64,000 nt of DNA from Vampirovibrionales bacterium (GCA_044346175.1 JBIIZQ010000005.1:86985-150984); one strand, 5' to 3'. Positions 43,976 through 54,688 are shown, numbered from the stretch's first letter. Notes: generated by a model from the sequence alone, not told the origin. Program-made: numbers and translations.

Positions 43976-46303
43976 ATGGAACTTGCTATGCTCTTACGTG
44001 ACACCGCTTCATCCCTTAGCCATATTGTTATTAGCCGTTGGGCAAAAGCGTGTCGTACCGAGCAAAGACTAAAACTGTTGGGCTGGATAGGTGTGCTTTT
44101 GGTACTTACGCCACAAGCCTTCGCCTTATCACCGAATACGCAAGAAGATGCGTCATTGGGTATGGTACATGCCACGCCAAAACGGCGTTTGTTTACACGC
44201 CGTCGGGTTAAAAACAAACCCGTCAGTCCTGTACAAAAACCCACTGACTCTGCCAGTACTCAAAGCGATAAAACACTACGTATTGAAAGTAAAACTGTCA
44301 CCTACGACGAGACCAAGGGTGTTTACATTGCGAAGGGGGATGTGACGGTTACGGCACCCTCTGAAAATACCTCGATGAGTGGGGATACCATGATTTATGA
44401 CCCTCAAAAAAATATGGTTTTTGCCAAAGGGCATGTCGTGATTCGTCGTAGTGGTCAAGAAATTAAAGGCGAGGTTGCCAAAATCAACCTTTCGCAAGAG
44501 TCTATTCTCATCAAAGCACCTTATACCACCTTGAATGCCGTGGCATTAAAAGCCCGTGAAGGCTACAGTGACGAAACACTCATTTTGTTGAAAAAAGGGG
44601 TTGCACTTGTGGCACCTACTGAACAAGCCAGCTATAACATGGTGACTGAACAACAAAGCGTTGGCATTATTTCAGCCCCTGAATTAGGAGCCATTACAGG
44701 TGCCAATAATGCTGAAAACTTAGCACCTGAGCCTTTTGGCAGACTCCAAAACCAAGTGCAAGGCAAAAACCTAGCACCCACTGGTTTAGGAGGTGTTTTG
44801 GTTCAGGGCCTTACCCAGAAAACGGATGCCCCTTCGGTAGAGGTGCTGGACTTGCATACCCCTGAAACGCCGAATTTGGTCACCCAATGGCGTTTACAGC
44901 TCGCAGGAGACAGCTTGTCTGAAGTCGCTGAAGAAAGTTACGACCCCTATACGGGCGTTCATTCTTGGGATGAGGAAGCGTCAAGCTTGGGGGACACAAC
45001 TGGCATGGACGATGCGGTTGATGAATCACGTACTTTGAGCATGTCTGAAAAAGAAGCCATGTTACAGGCGTATCCTTATGAACCGCCTACATCGGGTAGA
45101 CAACTCTCTTTTTATACGCCTAAACTCACGGCTCATAAAGTGAATGACCACTACATTGAACTCACCGCAAAAACACCTCGTGCCAGATTAGGACGTTTCC
45201 CTGTTTTTGCACTCCCCATGATGAAAATGGGCATCAATCAGGTCACGGGACAAAAGCAGATTTTATTTCCAGCTCAAGGCTCTGACCAGAACCTTGGCGG
45301 TATTTATGTAGGACCTGCATTGTCCTTTACCGTGGGAAGAGAAGGCTTATTCCGTCTTTCACCTGCTTTGAGCTATGGTAACAGTGGACGACGTTATGAT
45401 GGTGGCAGACGGCTTGAGCGTGTCTCAGGTGCTGGCTTTGTGTTGGAAGGTACTTACCGTGACCGACGCAATCAAGTTAAAGCTGGCTTTGGCACCTTAA
45501 CGAATCAGTTTGTGTTGAATGCGGTCAGTCGTCCCTTTTTAAAACGTCAACCTAATCTTCAATTTCGTGCGACGGTCAATGAAATGTATGGGGTGTCTGA
45601 TTATATTTCATTCATTCCTGAGCGTCCAGCTTGGTCGTTACAGCTCCAAGACGAATGGCAAAAAAGCAATGTTATTCCCTATATGACGGTGAGTTCTCAT
45701 GTCGGCGTGGGTGTTTTTAAAGATGACTTTTTCCCCAATAACCGTAGTATTTTCTTTGTAAGTCCAAGTACGCCTTCGCCTCAAACTGAAGGTCGTGCAA
45801 GAGTGGCTTTTGCTGTTCAGCCTACGGTACCTTTGATACAAATCCCTAAACTATTGGCTTTCAATGTGTTTGGACAGGTTATTTCTAATGTCTATACCAC
45901 GGGTGATACCTATACCTTGTTACAGGGTGGACCAACCTTATCGGTCAACATTAAAGACCGTCTTTTCTCAAAAGCAATCTATACGGCCTCCTACATGGGA
46001 GGTAGCACCCCTTTTGTATTTGATAAATACTTTTTAGGGGGTTCGGGCTTAACGCTTGTGAATGCCCTTAGGCTCTCAAAGTATGTGACGGTAGGGGCTT
46101 CTCAAATGATGAACCTTTCACAAAGTAATGCCCGCTCTGATTTATTGGTGGGGAATATGGTCTTTGTCAGTTTTGGACCTAAGGATATTAAGTTTAATTT
46201 ACAGCTTGATTTCATCCGTCGGAATGCCTCTTTCAACGTGAATTATTACCCAGGTAAAGACCCTCTACCTATTTACTTTGAGCAGTTTGAAGGGCATCAA
46301 TAG
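43976..46303 (+). CDS. Outer-membrane protein with an N-terminal OstA/LptA-like domain (LptD-like), 775 aa
   Basis: Signal-like LKLLGWIGVLLVLTPQAFA. OstA-type beta-jellyroll repeats (TVTYDETKGVYIAKGDVTVTAPS...GDTMIYDPQKNMVFAKGHVVIRRSGQEIKGEVAKINL). The C-terminal half is beta-rich and aromatic. Confidence 0.55.
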   Translation: MELAMLLRDTASSLSHIVISRWAKACRTEQRLKLLGWIGVLLVLTPQAFALSPNTQEDASLGMVHATPKRRLFTRRRVKNKPVSPVQKPTDSASTQSDKTLRIESKTVTYDETKGVYIAKGDVTVTAPSENTSMSGDTMIYDPQKNMVFAKGHVVIRRSGQEIKGEVAKINLSQESILIKAPYTTLNAVALKAREGYSDETLILLKKGVALVAPTEQASYNMVTEQQSVGIISAPELGAITGANNAENLAPEPFGRLQNQVQGKNLAPTGLGGVLVQGLTQKTDAPSVEVLDLHTPETPNLVTQWRLQLAGDSLSEVAEESYDPYTGVHSWDEEASSLGDTTGMDDAVDESRTLSMSEKEAMLQAYPYEPPTSGRQLSFYTPKLTAHKVNDHYIELTAKTPRARLGRFPVFALPMMKMGINQVTGQKQILFPAQGSDQNLGGIYVGPALSFTVGREGLFRLSPALSYGNSGRRYDGGRRLERVSGAGFVLEGTYRDRRNQVKAGFGTLTNQFVLNAVSRPFLKRQPNLQFRATVNEMYGVSDYISFIPERPAWSLQLQDEWQKSNVIPYMTVSSHVGVGVFKDDFFPNNRSIFFVSPSTPSPQTEGRARVAFAVQPTVPLIQIPKLLAFNVFGQVISNVYTTGDTYTLLQGGPTLSVNIKDRLFSKAIYTASYMGGSTPFVFDKYFLGGSGLTLVNALRLSKYVTVGASQMMNLSQSNARSDLLVGNMVFVSFGPKDIKFNLQLDFIRRNASFNVNYYPGKDPLPIYFEQFEGHQ

Positions 46304-46362
46304 CCTATGTGGGTACGCATTTAAGTGTGTTATGTGGTTTTCAAAAGGATGTTTATGTCGTC

Positions 46363-47055
46363 ATGACGATGCCAATCATTTTGAGTCATCGAGGGTACTG
46401 GCTTAACCCCTCTGAGAAAAATACAATCACTGCTTTTCAGCGTTCCTTTACCTTGGGTTTTGGTACAGAAACTGATGTACGGGATTTGAATGGTACTTTA
46501 GTCATTGCACATGATATGCCACGCACAGGTGCGATACTTTTTACAGAATTTCTCTCGCTATATACAACAACTTGCCAAGCACAAGGGCTTGCTTATACGC
46601 AAGTACCACTTGCGTTAAATATTAAGGCGGATGGGTTACAGGAGTCACTCAAACAAACCCTAGAGGCTTTCAAAATACCGCCTGAAGCTTACTTTCTGTT
46701 TGATATGAGTGTACCAGATGCGTTAGTTTCTTTGCGTCACGCTTTACCCTGCTACACACGTATGAGTGAGTATGAACCACAACCTCTTGCTTTTTTTGAC
46801 CGTGCCTGTGGCGTATGGCTAGATGCCTTTCATGACATATGGTACACCCCTGATACCCATATACTGCCCTTACTGCAAGCTGGAAAGCAAGTATGCGTGG
46901 TGTCGCCTGAACTCCATACAAGAGACCCCCTCCCTCTTTGGCATGCACTGAAAGAGTGTATGCGGAGGCTTCATACAACACCAGAATTTACATCTCCTCC
47001 ATGGTTACTCTGTACGGATAAGCCCGAAGAAGCACAAACGTTCTTTATCTCTTAA
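46363..47055 (+). CDS. GDPD-like phosphodiesterase (about 230 aa)
   Basis: From the ATG at 46363: ILSHRGYW, EKNTITAF, GTETDVRDLNGTLVIAHD. Confidence 0.6.
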   Translation: MTMPIILSHRGYWLNPSEKNTITAFQRSFTLGFGTETDVRDLNGTLVIAHDMPRTGAILFTEFLSLYTTTCQAQGLAYTQVPLALNIKADGLQESLKQTLEAFKIPPEAYFLFDMSVPDALVSLRHALPCYTRMSEYEPQPLAFFDRACGVWLDAFHDIWYTPDTHILPLLQAGKQVCVVSPELHTRDPLPLWHALKECMRRLHTTPEFTSPPWLLCTDKPEEAQTFFIS

Positions 47056-47116
47056 TTGAATACCCTATGTTTTATGGGTATGTGTTTTCGTCGACTCAAG
47101 AATCTTAACCACTGTC

Positions 47117-47779
47117 ATGACCCCTCTCACCGAAACAGCCCCTAAAAAAGGCTATAAAATCCAAGCCATTATTTTTGATATGGATGGCGTACTCATTGAT
47201 GCAAAAGAATGGCACTATGAGGCGCTCAATCAAGCCCTTGCCCTGTTTGGTTATACGATTAGTCGTTATGACCATCTTGTGACTTACGACGGCTTGCCGA
47301 CACGTCAGAAACTAGAAATGCTCACCATGGAACGGGGTTTACCTGTGGGTTTGCACGGGTTTATCAATCAAATGAAGCAACACTACACCATGAGTTATAT
47401 TTTTCAGCGGTGTAAACCTGTGTTTTATCATGAGTATGCACTTTCTAAGTTGCGTCAAGCGGGTTACCGCTTGGCAGTCGCTTCCAACTCAGTACGTCAA
47501 ACGGTGGATATGATGATGGATAAAAGTCATTTGCAGCCTTACCTGGAGTTTACGCTGAGTAATCAGGATGTGGTTAAGGGCAAGCCTGACCCTGAAATCT
47601 ATCAAACGGCGATGGCAAAACTAGGTTTACCCCCTGAGGCCTGCTTGATTGTAGAGGACAACGAGCATGGCATTCGTGCGGCTCGCGCGGCGGGTGCACA
47701 TCTGCTGACCGTAAAACACGTAGAAGATGTCACCTACCAAGCCATTACCCAACGTATTGCTGAAATTGAGACGCTCTAA
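47117..47779 (+). CDS. HAD-superfamily hydrolase (beta-phosphoglucomutase/phosphatase subfamily IA)
   Basis: AIIFDMDGVLID (DxD nucleophile), ASNS, GKPDPEIY, IVEDNEHGIRAARAAG. Confidence 0.85.
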   Translation: MTPLTETAPKKGYKIQAIIFDMDGVLIDAKEWHYEALNQALALFGYTISRYDHLVTYDGLPTRQKLEMLTMERGLPVGLHGFINQMKQHYTMSYIFQRCKPVFYHEYALSKLRQAGYRLAVASNSVRQTVDMMMDKSHLQPYLEFTLSNQDVVKGKPDPEIYQTAMAKLGLPPEACLIVEDNEHGIRAARAAGAHLLTVKHVEDVTYQAITQRIAEIETL

Positions 47780-47863
47780 CGCAACGCCTATCCAAGCTAT
47801 TTACTTTTGATAAATCAGCATGGGTATGATTAAACTTCTGCACCCCTCTAAACAAGGGAGGGG

Positions 47864-50800
47864 ATGTTTCTAAACACTCTAGTTTTTACAAACGCCTCCG
47901 AAACATCCTATAAGTATGTGATACCATGGATGTTGAGAGGGCTTTCTGTTTTGAATGCCGAAGCAAGCCAAAAACAAGCAGTCGATGCAATGCAAACCCA
48001 GTTTGAAGCTGGTGTACAGTCTGATGCGAAAGCGTCTTCGGCTACAAGTAACGTCAGTGCTTCAGGCTCATTGGTCTGGATTAAAAGGGATTTACTGGAG
48101 CGGCTTCGTCATGGGCAATTTGCACCCTTACGTCAGCATGAACGAGACGCTTCAGAGGCTCTACAAAGTAAAACGCTCGACCGTCGTAAGTGGTTTTCGC
48201 CACTCAATCTGACAAAACAATGTATCCCCAAAATCCCTGAAGTATTTGAAGACCGCCGAGAATCCTTACTTTTTATGGGACAGTGGATTAACCACCCTAC
48301 CCAGAAGGTCTTGCTTCTCACAGGGGGGCTAGGAAGTGGTAAGACTGCTTTAGCCAGAGGACTCATTGAAATGATGGGCGGAGGTCAAGAACAACTCTTA
48401 TGGCTTGAGTTAGATTGTCATACCCAAGTGACTGATATTCGTCGCTTTTTATTCCAATTTATTGCCCAAATCCTTCATGATGCGGGCTTGGCTCCTGTAC
48501 TGCATGCACAACATTTTGCACCACCCATACCGCCCGCTTCCAATACACAAAAGCCAGTCACTGGCGGACGAGAAGCCCTCAAGCAAGGGAACCCTAAACT
48601 TCAGGGTGAGGGTCAATCTGGGATGGTGCAGTTACGCCAAGCACAGCAAACGACTCAACAGTTTAATCAGGCAAGAGGACTCGGGACGTATGGTACCACG
48701 GCAAAGGGAAACCCTAAAAATCAAACGTATAACCGTATCCAAGACTTAGGACCACTCCTTGAAGAGGCTTCAAATATCCCCTTTTTAGTAGTCTTTGACA
48801 ATGTTGAAGAAATTTTAAATGAAGAAGGTGCTTTAAAAGCAGCATCGCTTAAAGAAATTTTTAACTTCTTACTCAGTTACCCCAATATCAAGCTGTTACT
48901 GGTAGGTAATTTTACACATATCAAAGAACTCGAACGTGCCTTGCGTTCGGGCATTGCCCTTCGGCACGAGCTTTTGCCTCTCTTACCTGAACAGCAGCAC
49001 TATTATTTAAAAGCCTGCCTAAAGGAACAAAAAGAGCAAAATGAAACCCATGAAAAACCTGCCTCCATAGACACTGCCTTGCGTAAAGAGGGACCACACG
49101 AGCATGCTTCCAATGAAGTACCTCTCATGCCGCCTGTTGCAAGAACCTTTGTTGCGGCTTCTACAAGCCATCAAAGTGCTTCTACAGCCTCAGTGCCTAG
49201 CTCCGTCCAGCAAGATGCCTGTATTCATCAGCTCATTCATGAAGAAATACAAGGTCGCCCATGGTGGTTACAGTTGGCTTTTTCATTGTGTATCGACGGA
49301 TTAGATTTTGACCACGAAACCGTTAACCTCACCCATGCACTCCCTGAACCAGGCATTGAACTCCCTCGGCTATTGGAAGGGTGCCAAACTTGGCGTAAAA
49401 GCCTCCTGCATAAACATGAAAAAGAAATTATTGCCGCTCATACTGGTAACCTTAAGGCGAATGCTGCTCATGATGCCCCTCTGGAGGGAGGGAGTGATAC
49501 GCTGTCAGTTAGTGGCTCGGTCAGTGAAACAAGCACAGGAACTTCAAACTCCGTTATGGCGTTACGTACTTGGGGAGCGCTACGCCGTCAGTTTGATGCA
49601 ACGCATGCCAATCAACAGATACTACAAACCGCTAATCCTTTATTGCAAGCAGAAACGATACTCCACGGGCATGGCTTATTGGCTCAAGCCATGCAACAGC
49701 AACCTCTCGATGCCCTCTTGATTCTACGAACCCTTGCACTTTTAGAGCATCCTCTCGATGTCGTCGCATTACCCCATGTACTGGAAAAACTCTTTGCAAG
49801 CGATAAAGACCCGCCTATGTCCGAACAAGCCTGCCTGTTAAAGTACGGCAATGGGATTTTGATGTTACAAGAGTGTGATAGTATCCGTTGGCTTTTAAAG
49901 CGACGGGTTGCCCCACAACGCTTATTACGTTTTTTAAAAGATAAAAAAATATCAGATAAGCATTTTCAACCTTGGTTAGAAGTATTTACGCCTGTAAAAG
50001 AACTACTGTTGGCAACACTGCCAGCAAAAGATGCCATTTGGCTTCATCGTGGGCTGATTGCTTATTATGAAAGTCAGCTATTACTACCTGAAGAGCATCG
50101 CTTTTATCCTCAAAACCCGATGGTGTTACGCCAGTGTTTGCAATTTCACGAGCATGAATGTGAACGTTACGTGTTGATTCATCAACGGCAAAAGCAAGAG
50201 TCTAACAAACAAGTATCCCCTATGCCACACGAGGGTTCTCAAGCTAGGGTACAGCCTGAAGCTGAAGTTGCTTTATTACAGGCTAAAAAAGTGTCAGAAG
50301 TGGCACTACAAAGTATTGCTTATTTACCTAAGTTAAATCTGAATTCTGTGACCTCACAGGCTTCACTAGGGAAAGGGCGTGCAGGCTCTCTTCAAACTGA
50401 AGGGTCTCTTCATACTGATGCCATGGGGTTTGAAACCGTCTCTTCAAAAATGGGCAGTAGTGAAGCACTTGGCTTGATTGACACTCGGAGTCGGCGCCGT
50501 TTTGGAGAGCAATACCCTCGTGTCATGATTCAATGGTACCGTGACGCATTACCTACACTGGTTGAGCATATCCCCATGCTACTTGATGCCTTCAGTTTAC
50601 CCGATGATATTTCATTGGAACGTTTTTGGCATACCATTGCAAGTCAATCTACACGCATGGTAAGTATGCTCCTGAGTACCGAAGCAAAGCAAAGAGGTGA
50701 GCAGGCAACGCAGCACATGAGTAATGCGTTTGAAAATATCAATCCTCTTAATCATGTACGACGTTCTTTGGACGATGCGGCAACCTTGCTTAGTGAAAAG

Positions 50801-51556
50801 AAAATTATTGAAGCACGTACCCTTTTACTCTCTTTAATTGAGTCTATCCCCAGTTGGTTTTCTCATAATGAAGAAGATACGGTGAAACTGCTTAAACAAT
50901 TGGCGTTTTATCAAAGACAATGTGCCGAACACCTCATTACCATTGAGGACCCTGAGGGCATTTTTACATTACTTGAAAGTGCCGTGCATGCCTACGAACT
51001 TACCTTAGCCTATCTTGAAGCTGGGCAAACCGCCTTATTATTGGCACAGCTTTATCAACAGACCCAAGCATTTGCACAGTGCATGGCTTCATTAGAGCGT
51101 GCAGCGTCCATGATTCCTAAACTTCCTGTGGGGGCAACATTGGGTAATATTTACCTCATGTTAGGCGACCAACAAGCAGGGCAACAACAACTCCCCGAGG
51201 CTATTAACCAATATCAACAAGCCCTTGTATGGGAGCGTGAGCAACTCCATCGAAACTTACTGAGTGAGTTTCAAATTATGTTCCGTATTGCAGAGTGTTT
51301 GGTGCATCTTAAACAGTGGCAACGTGCCGAGCAAGCCTTTGCAAACGCCTACCAACTGGCAAAACAACAACAGTTATTTGTTGGACAGTTTGCCATGTTG
51401 GTGCGCTTAGGAGATGTTCATCAAGCGTGGCATCCTGAAGCACCAGAGGCCAAGAAATGTTACCAAAAAGCCCTCATGATTGCTGAAAGACTGCCAGACC
51501 AAATTGAATCAAGCCAAATCACAATGCTACGTGGGAAAATCGCAAGTTTACCCTAA
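47864..51556 (+). CDS. STAND-type P-loop NTPase with C-terminal TPR-like repeats (1230 aa)
   Basis: FEDRRESLLFMGQWI precedes Walker A LLLTGGLGSGKTAL. Walker B FLVVFDNVEE. The C-terminal ~250 aa have TPR-like A/L/Q helical pairs. Confidence 0.7.
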   Translation: MFLNTLVFTNASETSYKYVIPWMLRGLSVLNAEASQKQAVDAMQTQFEAGVQSDAKASSATSNVSASGSLVWIKRDLLERLRHGQFAPLRQHERDASEALQSKTLDRRKWFSPLNLTKQCIPKIPEVFEDRRESLLFMGQWINHPTQKVLLLTGGLGSGKTALARGLIEMMGGGQEQLLWLELDCHTQVTDIRRFLFQFIAQILHDAGLAPVLHAQHFAPPIPPASNTQKPVTGGREALKQGNPKLQGEGQSGMVQLRQAQQTTQQFNQARGLGTYGTTAKGNPKNQTYNRIQDLGPLLEEASNIPFLVVFDNVEEILNEEGALKAASLKEIFNFLLSYPNIKLLLVGNFTHIKELERALRSGIALRHELLPLLPEQQHYYLKACLKEQKEQNETHEKPASIDTALRKEGPHEHASNEVPLMPPVARTFVAASTSHQSASTASVPSSVQQDACIHQLIHEEIQGRPWWLQLAFSLCIDGLDFDHETVNLTHALPEPGIELPRLLEGCQTWRKSLLHKHEKEIIAAHTGNLKANAAHDAPLEGGSDTLSVSGSVSETSTGTSNSVMALRTWGALRRQFDATHANQQILQTANPLLQAETILHGHGLLAQAMQQQPLDALLILRTLALLEHPLDVVALPHVLEKLFASDKDPPMSEQACLLKYGNGILMLQECDSIRWLLKRRVAPQRLLRFLKDKKISDKHFQPWLEVFTPVKELLLATLPAKDAIWLHRGLIAYYESQLLLPEEHRFYPQNPMVLRQCLQFHEHECERYVLIHQRQKQESNKQVSPMPHEGSQARVQPEAEVALLQAKKVSEVALQSIAYLPKLNLNSVTSQASLGKGRAGSLQTEGSLHTDAMGFETVSSKMGSSEALGLIDTRSRRRFGEQYPRVMIQWYRDALPTLVEHIPMLLDAFSLPDDISLERFWHTIASQSTRMVSMLLSTEAKQRGEQATQHMSNAFENINPLNHVRRSLDDAATLLSEKKIIEARTLLLSLIESIPSWFSHNEEDTVKLLKQLAFYQRQCAEHLITIEDPEGIFTLLESAVHAYELTLAYLEAGQTALLLAQLYQQTQAFAQCMASLERAASMIPKLPVGATLGNIYLMLGDQQAGQQQLPEAINQYQQALVWEREQLHRNLLSEFQIMFRIAECLVHLKQWQRAEQAFANAYQLAKQQQLFVGQFAMLVRLGDVHQAWHPEAPEAKKCYQKALMIAERLPDQIESSQITMLRGKIASLP

Positions 51557-52753
51557 AGGTAGCTGAAGGGGTGGCTTAAGTTCTGTAAGGTAGTTTGCCA
51601 TATTACGCTGGATTTCAGCCAAGCTATCGGTGCCAAATTTTTCAAGTATCGCATTCGCTACAACATAGCTCGTCATGGCTTCCACAATCGAAGCACATGC
51701 GGGTACTGCTGTCACATCAGAACGCTCAAAGTGGGCTTGTTCTTCTTGAGTGGTCTCAAGATTTACACTTGTGAGGGCTTTTAACAACGTCGCAATAGGC
51801 TTCATGTTAGCACGTACAACCAGAGGAGCACCGTTTGTAACTCCACCCTCTAACCCGCCCGCACGGTTGGTAGGCCGATAAATATGTGCCTCACTATTGA
51901 GACGAATTTCATCATGAAACTGGCTGCCTAGGGTTTCTGCGGCAATGGCACCTTCCCCAATAGCCACTGCTTTAATGGCTTGGATACTCATCACTGCTTG
52001 GGCAAGTTGTCCATCAAGTTTTCTGTCCCATTGAGTGTAACTGCCTAACCCTGGTGGACAACCATACACCACTGCAACCACTTCCCCTCCGAGGGTATCA
52101 CCCGCTTTACGGGTGGCATCAATGGTATCACGGACGCTTTGTAGCATCGCTTCATCTTCGGTGAAGGCACGTAAATTATTGCTTTCGCACACTTGCGTGA
52201 TATGCTCAGGTGTTGTGTGGAGCAGGTCAGGTTCAGGGAAGCGTGTACTCCCTAAAGCCGCAACATACCCAACCACTTGAATACCCAAAGCTTCCAGTAA
52301 GCAACGTGCAAGCCCACCTGCCGCAACACGTGCGGCGGTCTCTCTTGCACTGGCACGTTCCAGCACATCTCGGAGTTCTTCATGACCATATTTGTAATAC
52401 CCTGCCAAGTCCGCATGCCCTGGACGTGGACGAATGAAACGTTTGCTTTGGGCGTTCTCTGCGTTGGGGTCTCCCTGTGGGTCCATCACAGGTATCCAAT
52501 TTTTGTAGTCTCTGTTTTCAATAAACATGGCAATGGGGGCACCCGTAGAACGCATCTGCCGCACACCACCCAAGAAGGACACCGTATCGGTTTCAATCAT
52601 CATACGCCCACCACGACCATATCCGCCCTGACGACGTTTAAGCTGATGGTTAATCACAGCGGCATCAACAGGTACCCCCGCTGGGAAACCATCCACCATA
52701 ATGGTTAAGCCTGGTCCGTGAGACTCACCTGCTGTAAGAAAACGCATCATCAT
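51548..52753 (-). CDS. aroC: Chorismate synthase
   Basis: MMMRFLTAGESHGPGL, RPRPGHADLAG, and family-typical length. Starts ATGATGATG. Its 3' end overlaps the convergent 47864-51556 stop by 9 nt. Confidence 0.92.
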   Translation of the reverse strand: MMMRFLTAGESHGPGLTIMVDGFPAGVPVDAAVINHQLKRRQGGYGRGGRMMIETDTVSFLGGVRQMRSTGAPIAMFIENRDYKNWIPVMDPQGDPNAENAQSKRFIRPRPGHADLAGYYKYGHEELRDVLERASARETAARVAAGGLARCLLEALGIQVVGYVAALGSTRFPEPDLLHTTPEHITQVCESNNLRAFTEDEAMLQSVRDTIDATRKAGDTLGGEVVAVVYGCPPGLGSYTQWDRKLDGQLAQAVMSIQAIKAVAIGEGAIAAETLGSQFHDEIRLNSEAHIYRPTNRAGGLEGGVTNGAPLVVRANMKPIATLLKALTSVNLETTQEEQAHFERSDVTAVPACASIVEAMTSYVVANAILEKFGTDSLAEIQRNMANYLTELKPPLQLPLG

Positions 52754-52821
52754 GGTGTGGGGGTCTTTCTAGCCTAGTGTGATGAATGAGGTTAAGAAGC
52801 AAAAAGCCTCTAGTAAAACTC

Positions 52822-52843
52822 AAAAAAGATAAAGCTATCTTTT
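52822..52843 (-). terminator. Intrinsic terminator after rpmB
   Basis: On the minus strand: AAAGATA-GCT-TTATCTTTTTT, nested in a larger inverted repeat AAAGCCTCTAG...CTAGAGGCTTT (52803-52860). Confidence 0.6.
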
Positions 52844-52910
52844 AGGATGCTAGAGGCTTTAAACCAAGAATTAAAGACAGACTCAAGAAGCAAAGGGGCT
52901 TCCAGTGTCA

Positions 52911-53105
52911 TTAAACCGCTTTACGTACTTTACCCGCTTTAATGCAACGGGTACAAACAAGCTTGGACTCCACAGCACCGTTAGGAAGAATCACACGGAT
53001 TTTCTGGAGGTTAGGCTGTTGGAAGTAACGATGGTGCTTGTTGGAGAAGCTGACTTTGTTGGACTTATTGCGACGACGACCGCAGATTTCACATTGACGA
53101 GCCAT
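52911..53105 (-). CDS. rpmB: 50S ribosomal protein L28
   Basis: From the internal ATG at 53105: MARQCEICGRRRNKSNKVSFSNKHHRYFQQPNLQK. AGGAA lies upstream. Confidence 0.9.
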   Translation of the reverse strand: MARQCEICGRRRNKSNKVSFSNKHHRYFQQPNLQKIRVILPNGAVESKLVCTRCIKAGKVRKAV

Positions 53106-53258
53106 AATGCTTATGATTCCTAATCTGGATGACTTAAACAAAAAACTGCCCTGCAATGAGTGAGTATAGTAAAGCAAGTGGTATGGGTGTACACACGCAA
53201 CCCCACTCAAAAGGATATGTTTTATTTAATCACCAACACGTAAGCCATGCAAGTATTG

Positions 53259-54518
53259 CTACTCGTAAGTTTGGTAGCCTTTGGCAGCACCTAAGTTTCG
53301 ATTGAACCAGCCCTTGGCACCTGAGATTTGAATCACATGGTTATTCATGGCATCTACGATAAACTCGCGTCCTTGCGGGGTACGTACTACGTCCCAAGCG
53401 TGTCCCCCTTGGGTATCACCTGCACTGTAATGACCTCTTACCATAGCTGTTTGCCATGAGGGTGTTTGTGAGGGTGGCTGAACCCTATCCATAAAACCTT
53501 TAACAATAGGGGTATAATGACGACAAACGGCGGCGTTTCCGTCAATAATTTCCCCTAAGAGATATTCTCTACCCGCTTGAAGATTATCAGAATTTTGAAC
53601 TCTTATCTCACTTGTGGCACCGTTCGCAACATCGTGGTGGATATGTTGGGTAAGGTTTCTTAGTCTTTGATATTCTGAGGTCTGTGAGGTTTGTTGCCAT
53701 ACGTTTGCCCATTGTTGGTATAATCCGTTCAAACGACTATCTTGAGAGGGTGCAAAGCGTACCACTTCTCGGCGACCAGCGTTGAGTGAGCTCAAAGGAT
53801 TATTTCTACCACCATCACGAAACCCCTCTTCGAGCCTTTCATGAAAGCCGATATGGTGTTGTTGGACGTAACGCCTTCCTTGTTCCAAACCTGCTCGTTC
53901 AGGGTGATTTTGAGGAATGATTTGGGTGTACCTTGAAGGCGGCGGCGGGGCGGCATGGTTGGGCAACATCCCCAAACTTGCAAGGTCAAGATTAACTTGA
54001 TGACGAGGGTTTGCTCTTACAAAAGCGGGATTATTGTCACCATACCATAGCCTTCTTAACACAGAACCACTGGCACGGGTGTACCATTGGCGAGGCTGTT
54101 GGGGGTCTTGTGTGGGGACAGCATGGGCAAGCACTTTCAGTTGGGGGGACTGCTGCCCTTTGGCTTGTATGACTTCTGCCAAGGCGATAGGCGCACCACT
54201 TGCACTTGTATACTCTCGGAACGTCTTACCACGGTCAACCAATTCTCTACCCACATGGATGGCAGCCTGTTGCCCTTGAGGTTGCTGACGGCTGAAGCGT
54301 TGTGTGACTTGACGGAGTACCTGTTGCTCGGCTTGTGTCGCCATACGATTCACCTGCACGCCTTGATTCGTGACATCCTGAAACCTTTGTGCGATACGAT
54401 TCGGTGCCATACGAGTATTGTAGAGGTGTTTACCAAGTTGGTAAACACCTACGGCAACCCCTGTTGTGAGGAGTCCTTTTGGGGTGGTGAGGGCTTTGGT
54501 GAGCAGACGTGCTATCAT
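53259..54518 (-). CDS. Hypothetical protein (419 aa) with a C-terminal transglutaminase-like / papain-fold Cys-His-Asp signature
   Basis: N-terminal hydrophobic helix (LLTTGVAVGVYQL), Q/R/P-rich middle, then GNAAVCRHYTPIV ... GGHAWDVV ... EFIVDAMNN. The spacing is roughly 35 aa from Cys to His and 14 aa from His to Asp. Confidence 0.6.
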   Translation of the reverse strand: MIARLLTKALTTPKGLLTTGVAVGVYQLGKHLYNTRMAPNRIAQRFQDVTNQGVQVNRMATQAEQQVLRQVTQRFSRQQPQGQQAAIHVGRELVDRGKTFREYTSASGAPIALAEVIQAKGQQSPQLKVLAHAVPTQDPQQPRQWYTRASGSVLRRLWYGDNNPAFVRANPRHQVNLDLASLGMLPNHAAPPPPSRYTQIIPQNHPERAGLEQGRRYVQQHHIGFHERLEEGFRDGGRNNPLSSLNAGRREVVRFAPSQDSRLNGLYQQWANVWQQTSQTSEYQRLRNLTQHIHHDVANGATSEIRVQNSDNLQAGREYLLGEIIDGNAAVCRHYTPIVKGFMDRVQPPSQTPSWQTAMVRGHYSAGDTQGGHAWDVVRTPQGREFIVDAMNNHVIQISGAKGWFNRNLGAAKGYQTYE

Positions 54519-54688
54519 GGCGTGTGCCTTATCCGATGTGGCATGTAAAATGGGGGTGGTTCAATGTAAGACGTATCATATAGGGTGTGGTCAGATTACT
54601 TATTTTAAAATAATAAAAACAAATAATAAGCCAACTTGCCTCAGTCAACCCATAACCCCCATACAAGGTGACTGTTTTGGGACGGCAC

